From: Spirochaetia bacterium
Lineage (GTDB): Bacteria > Spirochaetota > Spirochaetia > SZUA-6 > Bin103
Assembly (NCBI GenBank): GCA_965203515.1
Contig: OZ241907.1
Location: 2,080,001-2,144,000 of the forward strand
Direction: 5' to 3'
Length of the DNA stretch: 64,000 bases
Part shown: positions 47,755 to 57,381 of the stretch, one piece after another
How positions within the stretch are numbered: the first letter of the stretch is position 1
Layout: each line of letters begins with the position of its first letter
Translations under genes and position numbers: made by a program
The notes under the pieces: generated by a model
Database searches by the model: none
Seen by the model: only the letters and a program-made list of their open reading frames with translations
Told to the model about the DNA's origin: nothing

Positions 47755-49664
47755 GAACACGGATCGACATCTCTATCGGTCCCGTACAGGGGTTCGTGTC
47801 CCAGTCCCGGCGTACCCGCGATTTATGGGGGAGTTCCTACTTGCTGGCGTTCCTGTCGGCGCACGCCATGGCCGGCGCGCAGCAGGCCGGCGGCACAGTC
47901 GTGCAGCCGGTCGTCGATGACGATCCGCTCTACCGGTGGGTTACCGGTCAACGGGAGGGGAACGCCTCTCGTCTGGGATCGCTGCCGAACCACTTCGTCG
48001 TGGAGGTTGACGGAACAGCGCAGGCCGTCGCGCATGAAAGCGTCCGAGCGTTCGAGGACGCGTGGCGGCAGGTGTGCGACCCCGTGTGGCGAGAGTACGT
48101 GGAACACGCGTGCGCGGATGGCAACGATACCGCTCGGATCTGGGACCGACAGGTCGGTACGTTCTGGGAAGTGATGTGGACTGCGGAACCGGCCGACGGC
48201 GAATGCGGACTGCTCGCGCGGCGCAAGCGTTGGCGGAACCACCGGCCGCCCGAAGAACCGGGCGACAAGTGCACGGTGATGCACGATCTGCAGGAGCTGT
48301 CAGGATACGTCCGCTCAGAAGGCAGCGCCAGCCGAGAGCGTCAGAATCAGTTCTGGAAGACCGTACGGCACCGGCTTGGCTCCTTGGACCTGAGAGAGGA
48401 TGAACGATTGTGCGCGGTGGCGCTCGTGAAGCGTTTGTTTCCGAGGGTTGCACCACGGGCGCTGGGTTGGGAGGTAGACCGGTCGCACTGGCCGTCCACG
48501 GTCTACGTAGGCGCTGTTCCGTGGATTCGTCGAGTGGAGCAGTCCGTGCCGGAGCTGGCACGTCGCTACGCAGAGACTGTCACGCAGCACGCACCCAAGG
48601 ACGTCGTGGCTGAAAAGCGTCCGCCGTTCGCAGGTCTGGGGCGCGCCGGCTCGGGCAGGTTCTCGAATCTCGATGCGAACTGGTTCCACCGCCAGTTCGT
48701 TACGAGCGAGCCGTTGCGCGACGCTGCGCCGACCGCGCGCGACGAACTGGAACGATCGCTCAAGGTCATCTACGACGCCAAGGACGACGCCGGCCGGCTG
48801 GGCGCGCCCTCGTCCTTCTATGCGATGATTCTGGCCGACGGCGACCGTCTGGGGAGACTGGTCGGCCGGCTTGGCGGCGAAACCGTGGGACGAGCGTTGG
48901 CGGCGTTCACCGACAGCGTTCCGTCGGTCGTGAGAAACGATGACGGTGTGACGGTATACGCCGGCGGCGATGACGTACTGGCCATGCTCCCCGTGCCGAA
49001 GGCGTTGCCGTGCGCGGCCTCGCTGGCGGAGCGCTACCGTTCGGCGTTCCCCGATACGGGAGCGGAGGCGACGTTATCCGCCGCGGTCGTGTTCGCCCAC
49101 GTTCGACTGCCGCTCCGTGCGGTGCTCGATGAGGCGCATCGTCTTCTCGACGCAGTCGCCAAGGACGGAAACGGGCGCAACTCTTTGGCCGCCGGCGTGC
49201 TCAAGCCGGGTGGCTTGCACTGTCAGTGGACCACCACCTGGAGCCGAACGAGACCGGGGGACGGCGACCCGGCGCGCGCCGTGGAACTCCTCGATGATCT
49301 GGTCGGCCATCTGCGACGAGCGGCGACGGAACCGGGCCTGTCGTCGGCTCTCATCTATCGGATTCGGGAGACCCTTACCTTGCTCTGTGGAGTGGAGCGT
49401 TGGCAGCCCGGCCATTGGGGAGCGCTCCCTGACGCACTCGACGTCCGCGCATTCGTTCACGCCGAGATTCTCCATAGCTTGACGGTGAGGATCGGTGATG
49501 AGGATGCGGCCGCCGGAGCCGAGGAATTGACCGATGCGGTGTGGCGCCTTCTGGGGCCATCGCGGGCGGGCCCGGACGACCGAAAACTCGCTGAAGCCGG
49601 CGTCGACGCGCTCCTGCTCGCGCGGTTTCTGTCCGACGGCGGCCGGGAGGATGCCGGACCATGA
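47751..49664 (+). CDS. cmr2: Cas10/Cmr2 without HD domain, with intact palm GGDD
   Basis: Starts directly with SIGPVQGFVSQSRRTRDLWGSSYLL; Zn-finger Cys residues; ADGDRLG; YAGGDDVL. Confidence 0.95.
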   Translation: MRTRIDISIGPVQGFVSQSRRTRDLWGSSYLLAFLSAHAMAGAQQAGGTVVQPVVDDDPLYRWVTGQREGNASRLGSLPNHFVVEVDGTAQAVAHESVRAFEDAWRQVCDPVWREYVEHACADGNDTARIWDRQVGTFWEVMWTAEPADGECGLLARRKRWRNHRPPEEPGDKCTVMHDLQELSGYVRSEGSASRERQNQFWKTVRHRLGSLDLREDERLCAVALVKRLFPRVAPRALGWEVDRSHWPSTVYVGAVPWIRRVEQSVPELARRYAETVTQHAPKDVVAEKRPPFAGLGRAGSGRFSNLDANWFHRQFVTSEPLRDAAPTARDELERSLKVIYDAKDDAGRLGAPSSFYAMILADGDRLGRLVGRLGGETVGRALAAFTDSVPSVVRNDDGVTVYAGGDDVLAMLPVPKALPCAASLAERYRSAFPDTGAEATLSAAVVFAHVRLPLRAVLDEAHRLLDAVAKDGNGRNSLAAGVLKPGGLHCQWTTTWSRTRPGDGDPARAVELLDDLVGHLRRAATEPGLSSALIYRIRETLTLLCGVERWQPGHWGALPDALDVRAFVHAEILHSLTVRIGDEDAAAGAEELTDAVWRLLGPSRAGPDDRKLAEAGVDALLLARFLSDGGREDAGP

Positions 49665-50788
49665 TCGGCGTTCAGCTTCGGCCGGTAGATACCTGCTTCT
49701 TTCGGGACGGAACGCCGTTCGCGGCAGACAGCGCGCCGCAGGAGGGTGTCGGAAAGCTGTTCCCTCCGTACCCGACGACGGTGGCCGGAGCGCTTCGGGC
49801 GGCGCTGGCGCTTGGCAACGGCTGGAACGGGCGTGGTCGATGGCCGCAGACGATCTGCAGCGTCCTTGGGGATGGTCCGGACGATCTCGGTTCGCTCGCC
49901 TTTGACTGCCCGATCCTGCTCCGTTGCGGGCAGCCGCTCTTCCGGGCGCCTCGTCATCTGCTCGGCGTGATGGAAGACGACCGGTGGACCCCGCGCATCA
50001 TCCTCCGCCCAGGTCCGGCGGTCGCGTGCGACCTGGGGGACATGATTCGACTGCCGGAAGCCGCTCGCACCACCGAAGATACGGAACTGGCGGACATGAG
50101 CCTCAAGGCCGGCGATGATGAATGGCTGACGCAGAACGGCATGAACGCGGTCCTGCGCGGCGAGCTTCCGGACCGCGGCGACATCGTGTCGAGCAGGTGT
50201 CTCTGGTCTGAGGAGCCGCGGATCGGATTGGAGATCGACCGGGACAGGCGCGCGGCCAAGGAAGGCATGCTCTACAGCACGCGGCACGTACGCCCGGAAC
50301 GCCGCGTCTCTCTCGGCGCGCGCATCGCCGGGTTGCCCGCGGATTGGACCTTGCCGTTCGGCCGGCTGGTCCCGCTCGGCGGCGAAGGGCGGCTTGCGGA
50401 ATGCACGGAGTGGGAGGCCGGGGCCACCCTCGAAGCACCCATCGCGGCCATCGAAAGCGGCCGTTCCATCGTGGTGATCGCCTTGTCCCCCCTCGACTTG
50501 GAACCGGACGTCTGCGACGGCCGGAGTGCGCTGGCGGTAGCGGAACTCGGCAGCGTCCGGGTCGTCTCCGCGTGCCTCGACCGTCCACAGCGGATTGGAG
50601 GCTGGGACTCGGAGAACCGTCGACCGCTGCCACTTCGCGGCGTACTGCCGCCCGGCAGCGTGCTGTTCTGCGAAGTACCGGAACCGATCCGCTTGCGCGA
50701 TTCGGTCGTGGCGCGCGATGGGACGGCGCGCGTGGGCGCCAGGCAGAACTGGGGCTTCGGACTTGTGGCGCTCGGCCTCTGGCCTTGA
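49661..50788 (+). CDS. cmr3: Type III-B Cmr3
   Basis: PVDTCFFRDGTPF, PPYPTTVAGALR, LGGEGR, WGFG. Confidence 0.92.
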   Translation: MIGVQLRPVDTCFFRDGTPFAADSAPQEGVGKLFPPYPTTVAGALRAALALGNGWNGRGRWPQTICSVLGDGPDDLGSLAFDCPILLRCGQPLFRAPRHLLGVMEDDRWTPRIILRPGPAVACDLGDMIRLPEAARTTEDTELADMSLKAGDDEWLTQNGMNAVLRGELPDRGDIVSSRCLWSEEPRIGLEIDRDRRAAKEGMLYSTRHVRPERRVSLGARIAGLPADWTLPFGRLVPLGGEGRLAECTEWEAGATLEAPIAAIESGRSIVVIALSPLDLEPDVCDGRSALAVAELGSVRVVSACLDRPQRIGGWDSENRRPLPLRGVLPPGSVLFCEVPEPIRLRDSVVARDGTARVGARQNWGFGLVALGLWP

Positions 50789-50813
50789 TAACAATAGCGA
50801 GGAGATGATTCAC

Positions 50814-51644
50814 ATGAGAACGGTCATGCTCGGCTTTCTGGCCGAGACCCCGATACACCCCGGCTCGGGACGCGGAATGGGCGTCGTGGACCTGCCGGTG
50901 GCTCGCGAGGCGGCGACCGACTATCCGGTGCTCGTCGGATCGAGTCTGAAAGGAGCGTTGCGCGACAAGGCAGAGACTATCGAGGAGACGACGAGCACCG
51001 AAAAGACCGCCGACAGGCGTTTCGGCAAACCCGACCATGCGGGCGACTTGCTGGTATCCGACGGACGGCTGCTGCTCCTGCCGGTGCGGAGCTTGACGAC
51101 CTCGTTCCGCTGGGTAACGTGTCCGCATCTCATCGAACGATATTGTCGCGACCTCAGAAGGGCAGGCTTGACTCAACCGGAAATTCCCGACGTGACGAAA
51201 GATCAGGTGCTTACTTCGGCCACCGGCAATCTTTACCTCGAGGAACGTCAGTTCGCCGTCGCCGGCGAACCGGATCGGAAGTTGGCGGCAGCCGTCAAGC
51301 CTCTGATACTCCACAAAGAAACGCAGAAACGTCTCGATTCCACGATCGCCGTCGTGCATGACGACGACTTCGCCTGGTTCGTGCGATACGGGCTTCCCAT
51401 CCAGGCGCGTAATGACCTCGAAGACAAATCCAAGAAGAGCCGCAATCTGTGGTACGAGGAGACGTTGCCCCCGGATACGATCATGTACGCTCTGGTAGCG
51501 GGCCGGAACGACGGCGCGGTAGGCGCGCTGACCACACTGTTCCCGCCCGACGATCCGTACTTGCAGGTTGGCGGCAACGAGACGGTGGGGCAGGGCTGGT
51601 TCGCGGTCAGCGCGCCTGGGACTGAAACCGGAGTTGCCGTATGA
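50814..51644 (+). CDS. cmr4: Type III-B RAMP Cmr4
   Basis: TPIHPGSG, VVDLPVARE (catalytic Asp), GSSLKGALR, QVGGNETVGQG. Confidence 0.95.
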   Translation: MRTVMLGFLAETPIHPGSGRGMGVVDLPVAREAATDYPVLVGSSLKGALRDKAETIEETTSTEKTADRRFGKPDHAGDLLVSDGRLLLLPVRSLTTSFRWVTCPHLIERYCRDLRRAGLTQPEIPDVTKDQVLTSATGNLYLEERQFAVAGEPDRKLAAAVKPLILHKETQKRLDSTIAVVHDDDFAWFVRYGLPIQARNDLEDKSKKSRNLWYEETLPPDTIMYALVAGRNDGAVGALTTLFPPDDPYLQVGGNETVGQGWFAVSAPGTETGVAV

Positions 51645-52048
51645 CTCTTGAACAGCGCCGCGCGAGAAGCGCTCTGGCGCGAGTCACCCAGCTTGAGCAG
51701 CGGTCCGCCGACTTCAAGAAGCTGTACCGCGCGTACGTGGACCGGCTGGGACCCGCGATCGTCATGAACGGACTGGGACAGGCGCTGGCAGCGGAGCTCG
51801 CGGCCGCCGGACCTCAGCCGGACAGCGATCGAGAGCGGGCGCATCGCGAGTTGTATGACAGTCTGAACCACTGGCTATGCCGGGAGGAACGCGGGGAACG
51901 CATATTTCCGAACGGCGATGACCTGCTCCGCGCCATTACGGCGAACCGCGAATCGTGCTACCTGCACGCGCAGGCCGAAGCGCTGGCGTGGCTGGAATGG
52001 CATAAGAAGTTCTGTCGCGCTTCCTTTCCGAAGGGCGAGGCAGACTAG
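51641..52048 (+). CDS. cmr5: Type III-B small subunit Cmr5
   Basis: MTLEQRRA, IVMNGLGQALA, EALAWLEWHKKF. Confidence 0.92.
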   Translation: MTLEQRRARSALARVTQLEQRSADFKKLYRAYVDRLGPAIVMNGLGQALAAELAAAGPQPDSDRERAHRELYDSLNHWLCREERGERIFPNGDDLLRAITANRESCYLHAQAEALAWLEWHKKFCRASFPKGEAD

Positions 52049-52050
52049 CC

Positions 52051-53172
52051 GTGGCGCGCCCACTCTACACCGGCGCAGCTTCGGCCCGTCGCGCGACGGA
52101 CGGACACGCCGGTCTGTGGTTCGACAAGTTCTGCGACCGGTGGCAGATCAACGATTCTCATTGGTCCATGAAGGGAGACTCCAACGCCAAGCTCGAATGG
52201 ATCAGGACCGTAACCGACCGTACGGTTGGAACGCAGGATCAGATCGATGAGTACGCGTCCCGGTTGCTGAGAATGGTCGATCGGCGTTGCGGACGCTGGG
52301 AGGTGTACGTGACGGAGTCGCGTTTCGTTACCGGATTGGGACGCAGCCATCCCGTCGAAAACGGCTTCGCCTGGCATCCGACCTTGGGAACTCCCTATCT
52401 GCCGGGAAGTTCCGTCAAGGGGCTGATCCATGCGTGGGCGAAGACGGGTGCCGGGAACATGGACCCGACAAGGTGCAAGCGCGTGTTCGGGGACATCGGA
52501 GATGCCGGCGCCGTGTGTTTTCTGGACGCCGTGCCGACCGCTCCCGTGAAACTCGTCGCCGATGTCATGACGCCTCACTATGCCGGCTGGAGTAGCGACG
52601 ACCCGCCTGGCGACTGGCGGTCTCCTGTGCCCATTCCCTTTCTGGTCACGGACACTAGTACTACCTTCCTGTTCGGCTTCGTTCCATCCCGTCGCACTGA
52701 CACTACGACGGACTTGAATGCCGTCGCGGAATGGCTGCGGTCAGCTCTCGAATGGGCCGGGGCCGGCGCCAAGACATCCGTCGGCTATGGTCGTATGGGT
52801 CTCGATCGGGACATGCGAATGCAGATGGAAAAGAAGGAAGCAGCACGGCACAAGGAATGGGAGCGGCAGCGAGCGCTTCAGAGTGCGCGGGAGAACCTGC
52901 CGAAAGACGCTGCCGAGATCGAAGAGATGATCGTGTCAGGAGATTGGTCCGACAGAAATCCCTTCCTGGACGCCGCGACGAGCTTCTTGAGCGACAAACA
53001 GCGGCTCAGCAAAGCAGCTTACGACCGTCTCAAGAAGCAGATATCTGAATACTGGCCGGGGATTATCGAAAATCCCGACGCTGAGCAAGGCAAGAAAAAG
53101 AAGCCGAAATACCGACCGCGTCCGCAGGCTTTGGCAAAGAAGCTGCTGTCTATTGAAATCGAAGGAGATTGA
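52051..53172 (+). CDS. cmr6: Type III-B RAMP Cmr6
   Basis: GLG..HPVENG, PYLPGSSVKG, DVMTPHY, PVPIPFL, GAGAKTSVGYG. Confidence 0.95.
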   Translation: MARPLYTGAASARRATDGHAGLWFDKFCDRWQINDSHWSMKGDSNAKLEWIRTVTDRTVGTQDQIDEYASRLLRMVDRRCGRWEVYVTESRFVTGLGRSHPVENGFAWHPTLGTPYLPGSSVKGLIHAWAKTGAGNMDPTRCKRVFGDIGDAGAVCFLDAVPTAPVKLVADVMTPHYAGWSSDDPPGDWRSPVPIPFLVTDTSTTFLFGFVPSRRTDTTTDLNAVAEWLRSALEWAGAGAKTSVGYGRMGLDRDMRMQMEKKEAARHKEWERQRALQSARENLPKDAAEIEEMIVSGDWSDRNPFLDAATSFLSDKQRLSKAAYDRLKKQISEYWPGIIENPDAEQGKKKKPKYRPRPQALAKKLLSIEIEGD

Positions 53173-53195
53173 CGCGCTAGTGCTCAAACGAACGC

Positions 53196-54674
53196 TCATC
53201 GACGGCCGGTAAGACACCACCGGAGCCGTTGAAGCATGCTCATCTCGGAGAGCTCTTGCGCAACAGCAGCCGCCCTGTCTCGCTCCGTCTCAACCACGGC
53301 GAGCTTTGCAGCCGTTCTGTCTCGTTCGGCCTCGACTCCCTCAATCCTCGAAGTCAGAGATGACATCTCCTGCTCGATCTTCTCCTTCGATTCGGTAAGC
53401 TCCATGTTCTGGAATTCGAGATCCTCGTTTCGTTTGGAGAGTTTGTCAACTCTGGTTTCCAGTTTCTCGATTTCATCCGATTCCATATTGCGTTTGTCTT
53501 CATCACTCAGAACGGGCCTCGCATCTACTGCGCCGGACAGCTCCACCCAGTCTTCCGCGTGATAATCAGATTGTTTCTTGCGCCGGATGGTACTGACGTA
53601 GGAACTATACTGCGAATCCTTGATGAATAATTCAGCCACGCAGACACTGTCGACAGTAGCCCATCCTGCTATTCGTCGCGTCGAGCGGCTGTCCTTATAG
53701 ACCTGGATATCTGTATCTATACCCGTCAAGGGATGAATGTGTGAATCTCGCCAAAGGGGATTTCGCGCATCTTCAAGCATTGATTTCATTTCCCTTTCCT
53801 GCCGTCCTTTGAGATCTTCAAGGACCTTGCGAGCTTTTCTTGATAGCTTTATCTTTGTGTTGCCTGCTTTCCTGAAGTCATTCAACAGAAATCCGAATGC
53901 CGACATCGTTACTTCGTTATCGCCAATCGGCTCGAACAGCCCTTCCAGGGTATCGTAACGTTCGCCCAGCTTTTCCTTGAGCTCAAACGTAGAGATGGAG
54001 ATGTTTTCTTCTATGTGGTCCAGTACGTCCAACGCACCCAGGACATCGGCGCCAATCCGTAGAGCCTCGTAATCGAAAGACAACGGTAACCTTGGCAACC
54101 GCACCAACCTTTGTGCGGATGATCGAGATTTACCGCCGTGAACATCATGACGAAGTTCGTAGACATAGGCGCAGGTAAGCCGATGCATCATGCCATAGAA
54201 CGTCAAGTAGGGGAGCACGTGGTTTATGCCGGAGCTCACGCTGATGACTGGATCGAGACCTTCGGACTTCGACTTCAAAACGACCTCATCGAGCTTCTTT
54301 ATGAAGTCGGATAGTCCGGCCCGTTTGAACTGTTCCGCGTCATCCAGCTCCACAGCGGTTTCAACTACTTCAACCTGAAATCCGTTCCATAGCTTTTCCG
54401 CCACATGTTTTACAATGGCGGCGGCTCTCTTGCCTGACTCGGTGTTCGTTGTCAGTAGTACACTTCCGTCTCTGGCGCCTACTTCCATGGCGTTCATGAG
54501 CGAGATCTCGGCCGACAGTTCATACTTGGCAGGACCGATGCTGTCGAGCCTCTTATTGGTCAAGTAATTGGTTTCTTGCCCTTCCTGAATATCCGGGAAC
54601 TTCTTCTTAAGGTTCCTGAGAATGGAAATACCCGAGCTGAAGATGATCTTGTAGGGGGCACGATTGTCCGGCAT
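53196..54674 (-). CDS. CARF (APE2256-type)-wHTH-RelE-like effector (Cami1-like) with a C-terminal coiled-coil extension
   Basis: SSGISILRN, SAEIS, TNTESGKRAA, AYVYE, LPRLP CARF motifs; RelE-like IKLSRKARKVL..HPL..VYK..RRIAGW; heptad-rich tail; low GC. Confidence 0.72.
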   Translation of the reverse strand: MPDNRAPYKIIFSSGISILRNLKKKFPDIQEGQETNYLTNKRLDSIGPAKYELSAEISLMNAMEVGARDGSVLLTTNTESGKRAAAIVKHVAEKLWNGFQVEVVETAVELDDAEQFKRAGLSDFIKKLDEVVLKSKSEGLDPVISVSSGINHVLPYLTFYGMMHRLTCAYVYELRHDVHGGKSRSSAQRLVRLPRLPLSFDYEALRIGADVLGALDVLDHIEENISISTFELKEKLGERYDTLEGLFEPIGDNEVTMSAFGFLLNDFRKAGNTKIKLSRKARKVLEDLKGRQEREMKSMLEDARNPLWRDSHIHPLTGIDTDIQVYKDSRSTRRIAGWATVDSVCVAELFIKDSQYSSYVSTIRRKKQSDYHAEDWVELSGAVDARPVLSDEDKRNMESDEIEKLETRVDKLSKRNEDLEFQNMELTESKEKIEQEMSSLTSRIEGVEAERDRTAAKLAVVETERDRAAAVAQELSEMSMLQRLRWCLTGRR

Positions 54675-54740
54675 TTCCTTCTCCTTGGCGGCCCGATGAG
54701 CCACCTAGGGCTGAACTCTACCATAGAGACGGGCGAGTCG

Positions 54741-55616
54741 TCACAGGTGCTCGCGCACCAGGCGTTTGATCTCGGCCGGGTCGAGGTCGGTGCCGCGACG
54801 CGGGGAGGCGATGATCGTGCCGTGGGCGGGGCCGCCCCAGCCCGGCTCGCGGTCGGCCAGCGGGCCGAGCAAGCCGTCGACCCGCAGGCCGTCGCGCCCG
54901 GCGATCGTGAACTTGCGGATCGGAGCGCCGCCGGCCGGCGGGTGGAACGCGGGCGCATAGGCGATGGCGACATCGCACCCGGAGCGGTAGAGCGCCCGGA
55001 GCGCGCCGATGCGGTCGGTGCGCAGGTACCCGGCGGTGCGGCCGCCGGCGGTGGGGAACCGCTCGGCGGTGTCCAGCAGCGCCGCAAGCGCCGCCCGTTC
55101 CCGCCGGTGGGCGTCGGCGTAGACCTGCCATGCGGGACGCGGCGGCATCGGACCGAACGGGTCGATCGACTCCTCCAGTACGGTACGCAGCACGCGGAGG
55201 CCGGCGAAGAACTGCTCGCGCGGGTCCCGAACCGTCAGCCGCATCCCGGAGAAGACGCTCGCCAACGACAGGCTCCCGTCCGCGTCGATCTCCCAGTCCC
55301 TGACCGGGGCGCGGCCCAGGTCCACCTCGGCGACGTAGGCGACGAGCCGCTCCAGCGCCGGTGAGCCGGCCGCGCCGACGGCGCGCGACGCCTGCACGCA
55401 GGCGGGAGGCCACGAACCCGCGGCGTCGTGGTGGTCGAAGTTGTTGAGCTCCGTCTGCCCCGAACCGCCGGCCTCGATGCACGTCACCGCCGGGTCGGCC
55501 AGTTCCGCCGGGGCCGCGCCATCGCGGGCCACCGTTACTTCGGCGGCCGCGCCGGCGCCAAGCAGGAGCGCGGTCAGGCAGGTGTCCAGATCGACCTGTT
55601 GCAGCACCACGCGCAC
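54741..55616 (-). CDS. DHH-like phosphoesterase (CRISPR-linked)
   Basis: VDLDTC (DxD), IEAGG, NNFDHHD, later EVD, C-terminal GWGG..IIASPR. Confidence 0.6.
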   Translation of the reverse strand: MRVVLQQVDLDTCLTALLLGAGAAAEVTVARDGAAPAELADPAVTCIEAGGSGQTELNNFDHHDAAGSWPPACVQASRAVGAAGSPALERLVAYVAEVDLGRAPVRDWEIDADGSLSLASVFSGMRLTVRDPREQFFAGLRVLRTVLEESIDPFGPMPPRPAWQVYADAHRRERAALAALLDTAERFPTAGGRTAGYLRTDRIGALRALYRSGCDVAIAYAPAFHPPAGGAPIRKFTIAGRDGLRVDGLLGPLADREPGWGGPAHGTIIASPRRGTDLDPAEIKRLVREHL

Positions 55617-55623
55617 GAGAAGA

Positions 55624-57381
55624 TCACTCGTTCACGGCGTCGCAGAAGACCATTTCCCAGCCGTGGAACACCAGCGCCAGCCCGATGAAGCGCACCCCCG
55701 GATACTGCCGCGCCAAGCGCTCGTCGGCCAGATAGCGCGCCAACTGCGCGTGCGCCTGCTCGGCTGCGGCCGCCACTGCCGCTTGATCCATCGCCTCGGA
55801 CCGCCGGCGGTACTTGAGCTCGATCAGGTACCCGTAGCGCAAGTGCGGAAAGGCGGCCACCAGCGGTTCCAGCGCGACGTCGGCGTGCCCCTTGCCCAGC
55901 TCCGCCTCCGAGCGGAACACGTAGTAGTCGGTCACGCTCAGGTAGGCCGCCAGAAACCCCTGGATCACCTTCTCCCCGGCGATGTAGTCCCGAATCCCCG
56001 TCTGCCGCGCGATCGCCTCGCTCAAGAACTCGAACGCCGGCCGCCACTCCCCCTCGTTCGCCATCCGCGTCAGCAACTGTTCGAACCGGGACAGGTCGAC
56101 CGAAAAGACCTTTACGTCGCGGTAGCCGTCGCGCAGAAAGCCGTACATCAGCCGCTTCACGGTCTGATTGGGAATCGCCAGCCGAGGCATCCCGTGCGGC
56201 GCGCCGCGGATGCTCAACAGCCCAAAGAAGTGCAGCAGCGAGAGAAAGTTCTCCGGCTCGGCAAGCCGCTCCAGCGGGAAGCCGGGCTGGATGCGGGAGT
56301 CGACCTGTTCCTCGCCGATCACGTCGCGCAGCAGATCGAAGTTGCCGTTCAAGCGTCGGCCTACCACCAGCAGATGGCGCAGCTTGCCGTAGTCGATGCG
56401 CACATTGGTGTCGATCAGGTAGTCCGGCACGGGCTGGTTGGGGATCGATTGGTCCAGGTAGTAGAGCACCATGTCGGAGTTGTAGAGATCGGTATCAGCC
56501 CCTCTGGCGAAGCGGTAGCCGTTGTACCACTCGCCCATGATGCCCAACGCGGTATCGGCGTCCTGATTGAAGACGCCCAGGTCGCGGTACATCTCGACCA
56601 GGCGCCGCACCTCCGCCGCAGTGAAGCCGACCATCTCGTTGAAGTCCGGGTGCAGACTGATGTTCTTGCCGATGTTGAAGCCGCTGGTGACGTCGTCCAG
56701 GGTAATTGGCGACACGCCGGTGATGAACAGGCGTTCGACGCCGCCGCCGGCGCGGCCCGCGCCGCCCTTGAGGACGGCGAAGAAGTTGCGGTAGAAGCCG
56801 CCGCCGTGGGTGAAGGAGTGGTACGCCTCGGCGCCGTGGTACGCCAGCACGGTGTTGGCGAAGTTGTCGTACTCGTCGATCAGCACGTACAGCGGAATGC
56901 CGTGGTCGCCCGCGTACCGGAACAGCGCGGCGAGCTTTTCGTCGATGGACGGCGGCGCCAGGAGGCGCTGCCTGACGGCATCGGGAAACAGGTCCGGATG
57001 CCGTTCCAGCGTCGCTTCGAGCTCGATGTGGCAGTAGCCTTCGAAGCGCTGTTCGAGCGTTTCGAGCTTGTCGTTGACCATCGAGAAGTCGAAGCGCAGG
57101 GTGACGTAGTGGCCGCGTTCCTCGGTCGGGTTGCGCCCGATGTCGGTGCCGGCGAACGTGGCGTCGAAGCGGTCGGCCCAGAAGCGGTCGTAGTAGAGCT
57201 CCAGCAGGGACACCCACAGCGACTTGCCGAAGCGCCGCGGGCGGATCAGGAAGGCGTAGCGCTCCTGCTCCAGGCGAGGCACGAAGCGGGTCTTGTCGAC
57301 GTACAGCCAGCCATTCCGGCGGATGCGCATGATGTCGGCCTCGCCGTAGGGGATGCGCGGGTAGTTGGGGACGGAGGTCAT
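55624..57381 (-). CDS. AAA-ATPase-like + PD-(D/E)XK nuclease (DUF1703-type), copy 2
   Basis: YVDKT, RPRRFGKSL, LIDEYD, FITGV, IPN, GHADV..IELKY. Confidence 0.9.
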   Translation of the reverse strand: MTSVPNYPRIPYGEADIMRIRRNGWLYVDKTRFVPRLEQERYAFLIRPRRFGKSLWVSLLELYYDRFWADRFDATFAGTDIGRNPTEERGHYVTLRFDFSMVNDKLETLEQRFEGYCHIELEATLERHPDLFPDAVRQRLLAPPSIDEKLAALFRYAGDHGIPLYVLIDEYDNFANTVLAYHGAEAYHSFTHGGGFYRNFFAVLKGGAGRAGGGVERLFITGVSPITLDDVTSGFNIGKNISLHPDFNEMVGFTAAEVRRLVEMYRDLGVFNQDADTALGIMGEWYNGYRFARGADTDLYNSDMVLYYLDQSIPNQPVPDYLIDTNVRIDYGKLRHLLVVGRRLNGNFDLLRDVIGEEQVDSRIQPGFPLERLAEPENFLSLLHFFGLLSIRGAPHGMPRLAIPNQTVKRLMYGFLRDGYRDVKVFSVDLSRFEQLLTRMANEGEWRPAFEFLSEAIARQTGIRDYIAGEKVIQGFLAAYLSVTDYYVFRSEAELGKGHADVALEPLVAAFPHLRYGYLIELKYRRRSEAMDQAAVAAAAEQAHAQLARYLADERLARQYPGVRFIGLALVFHGWEMVFCDAVNE

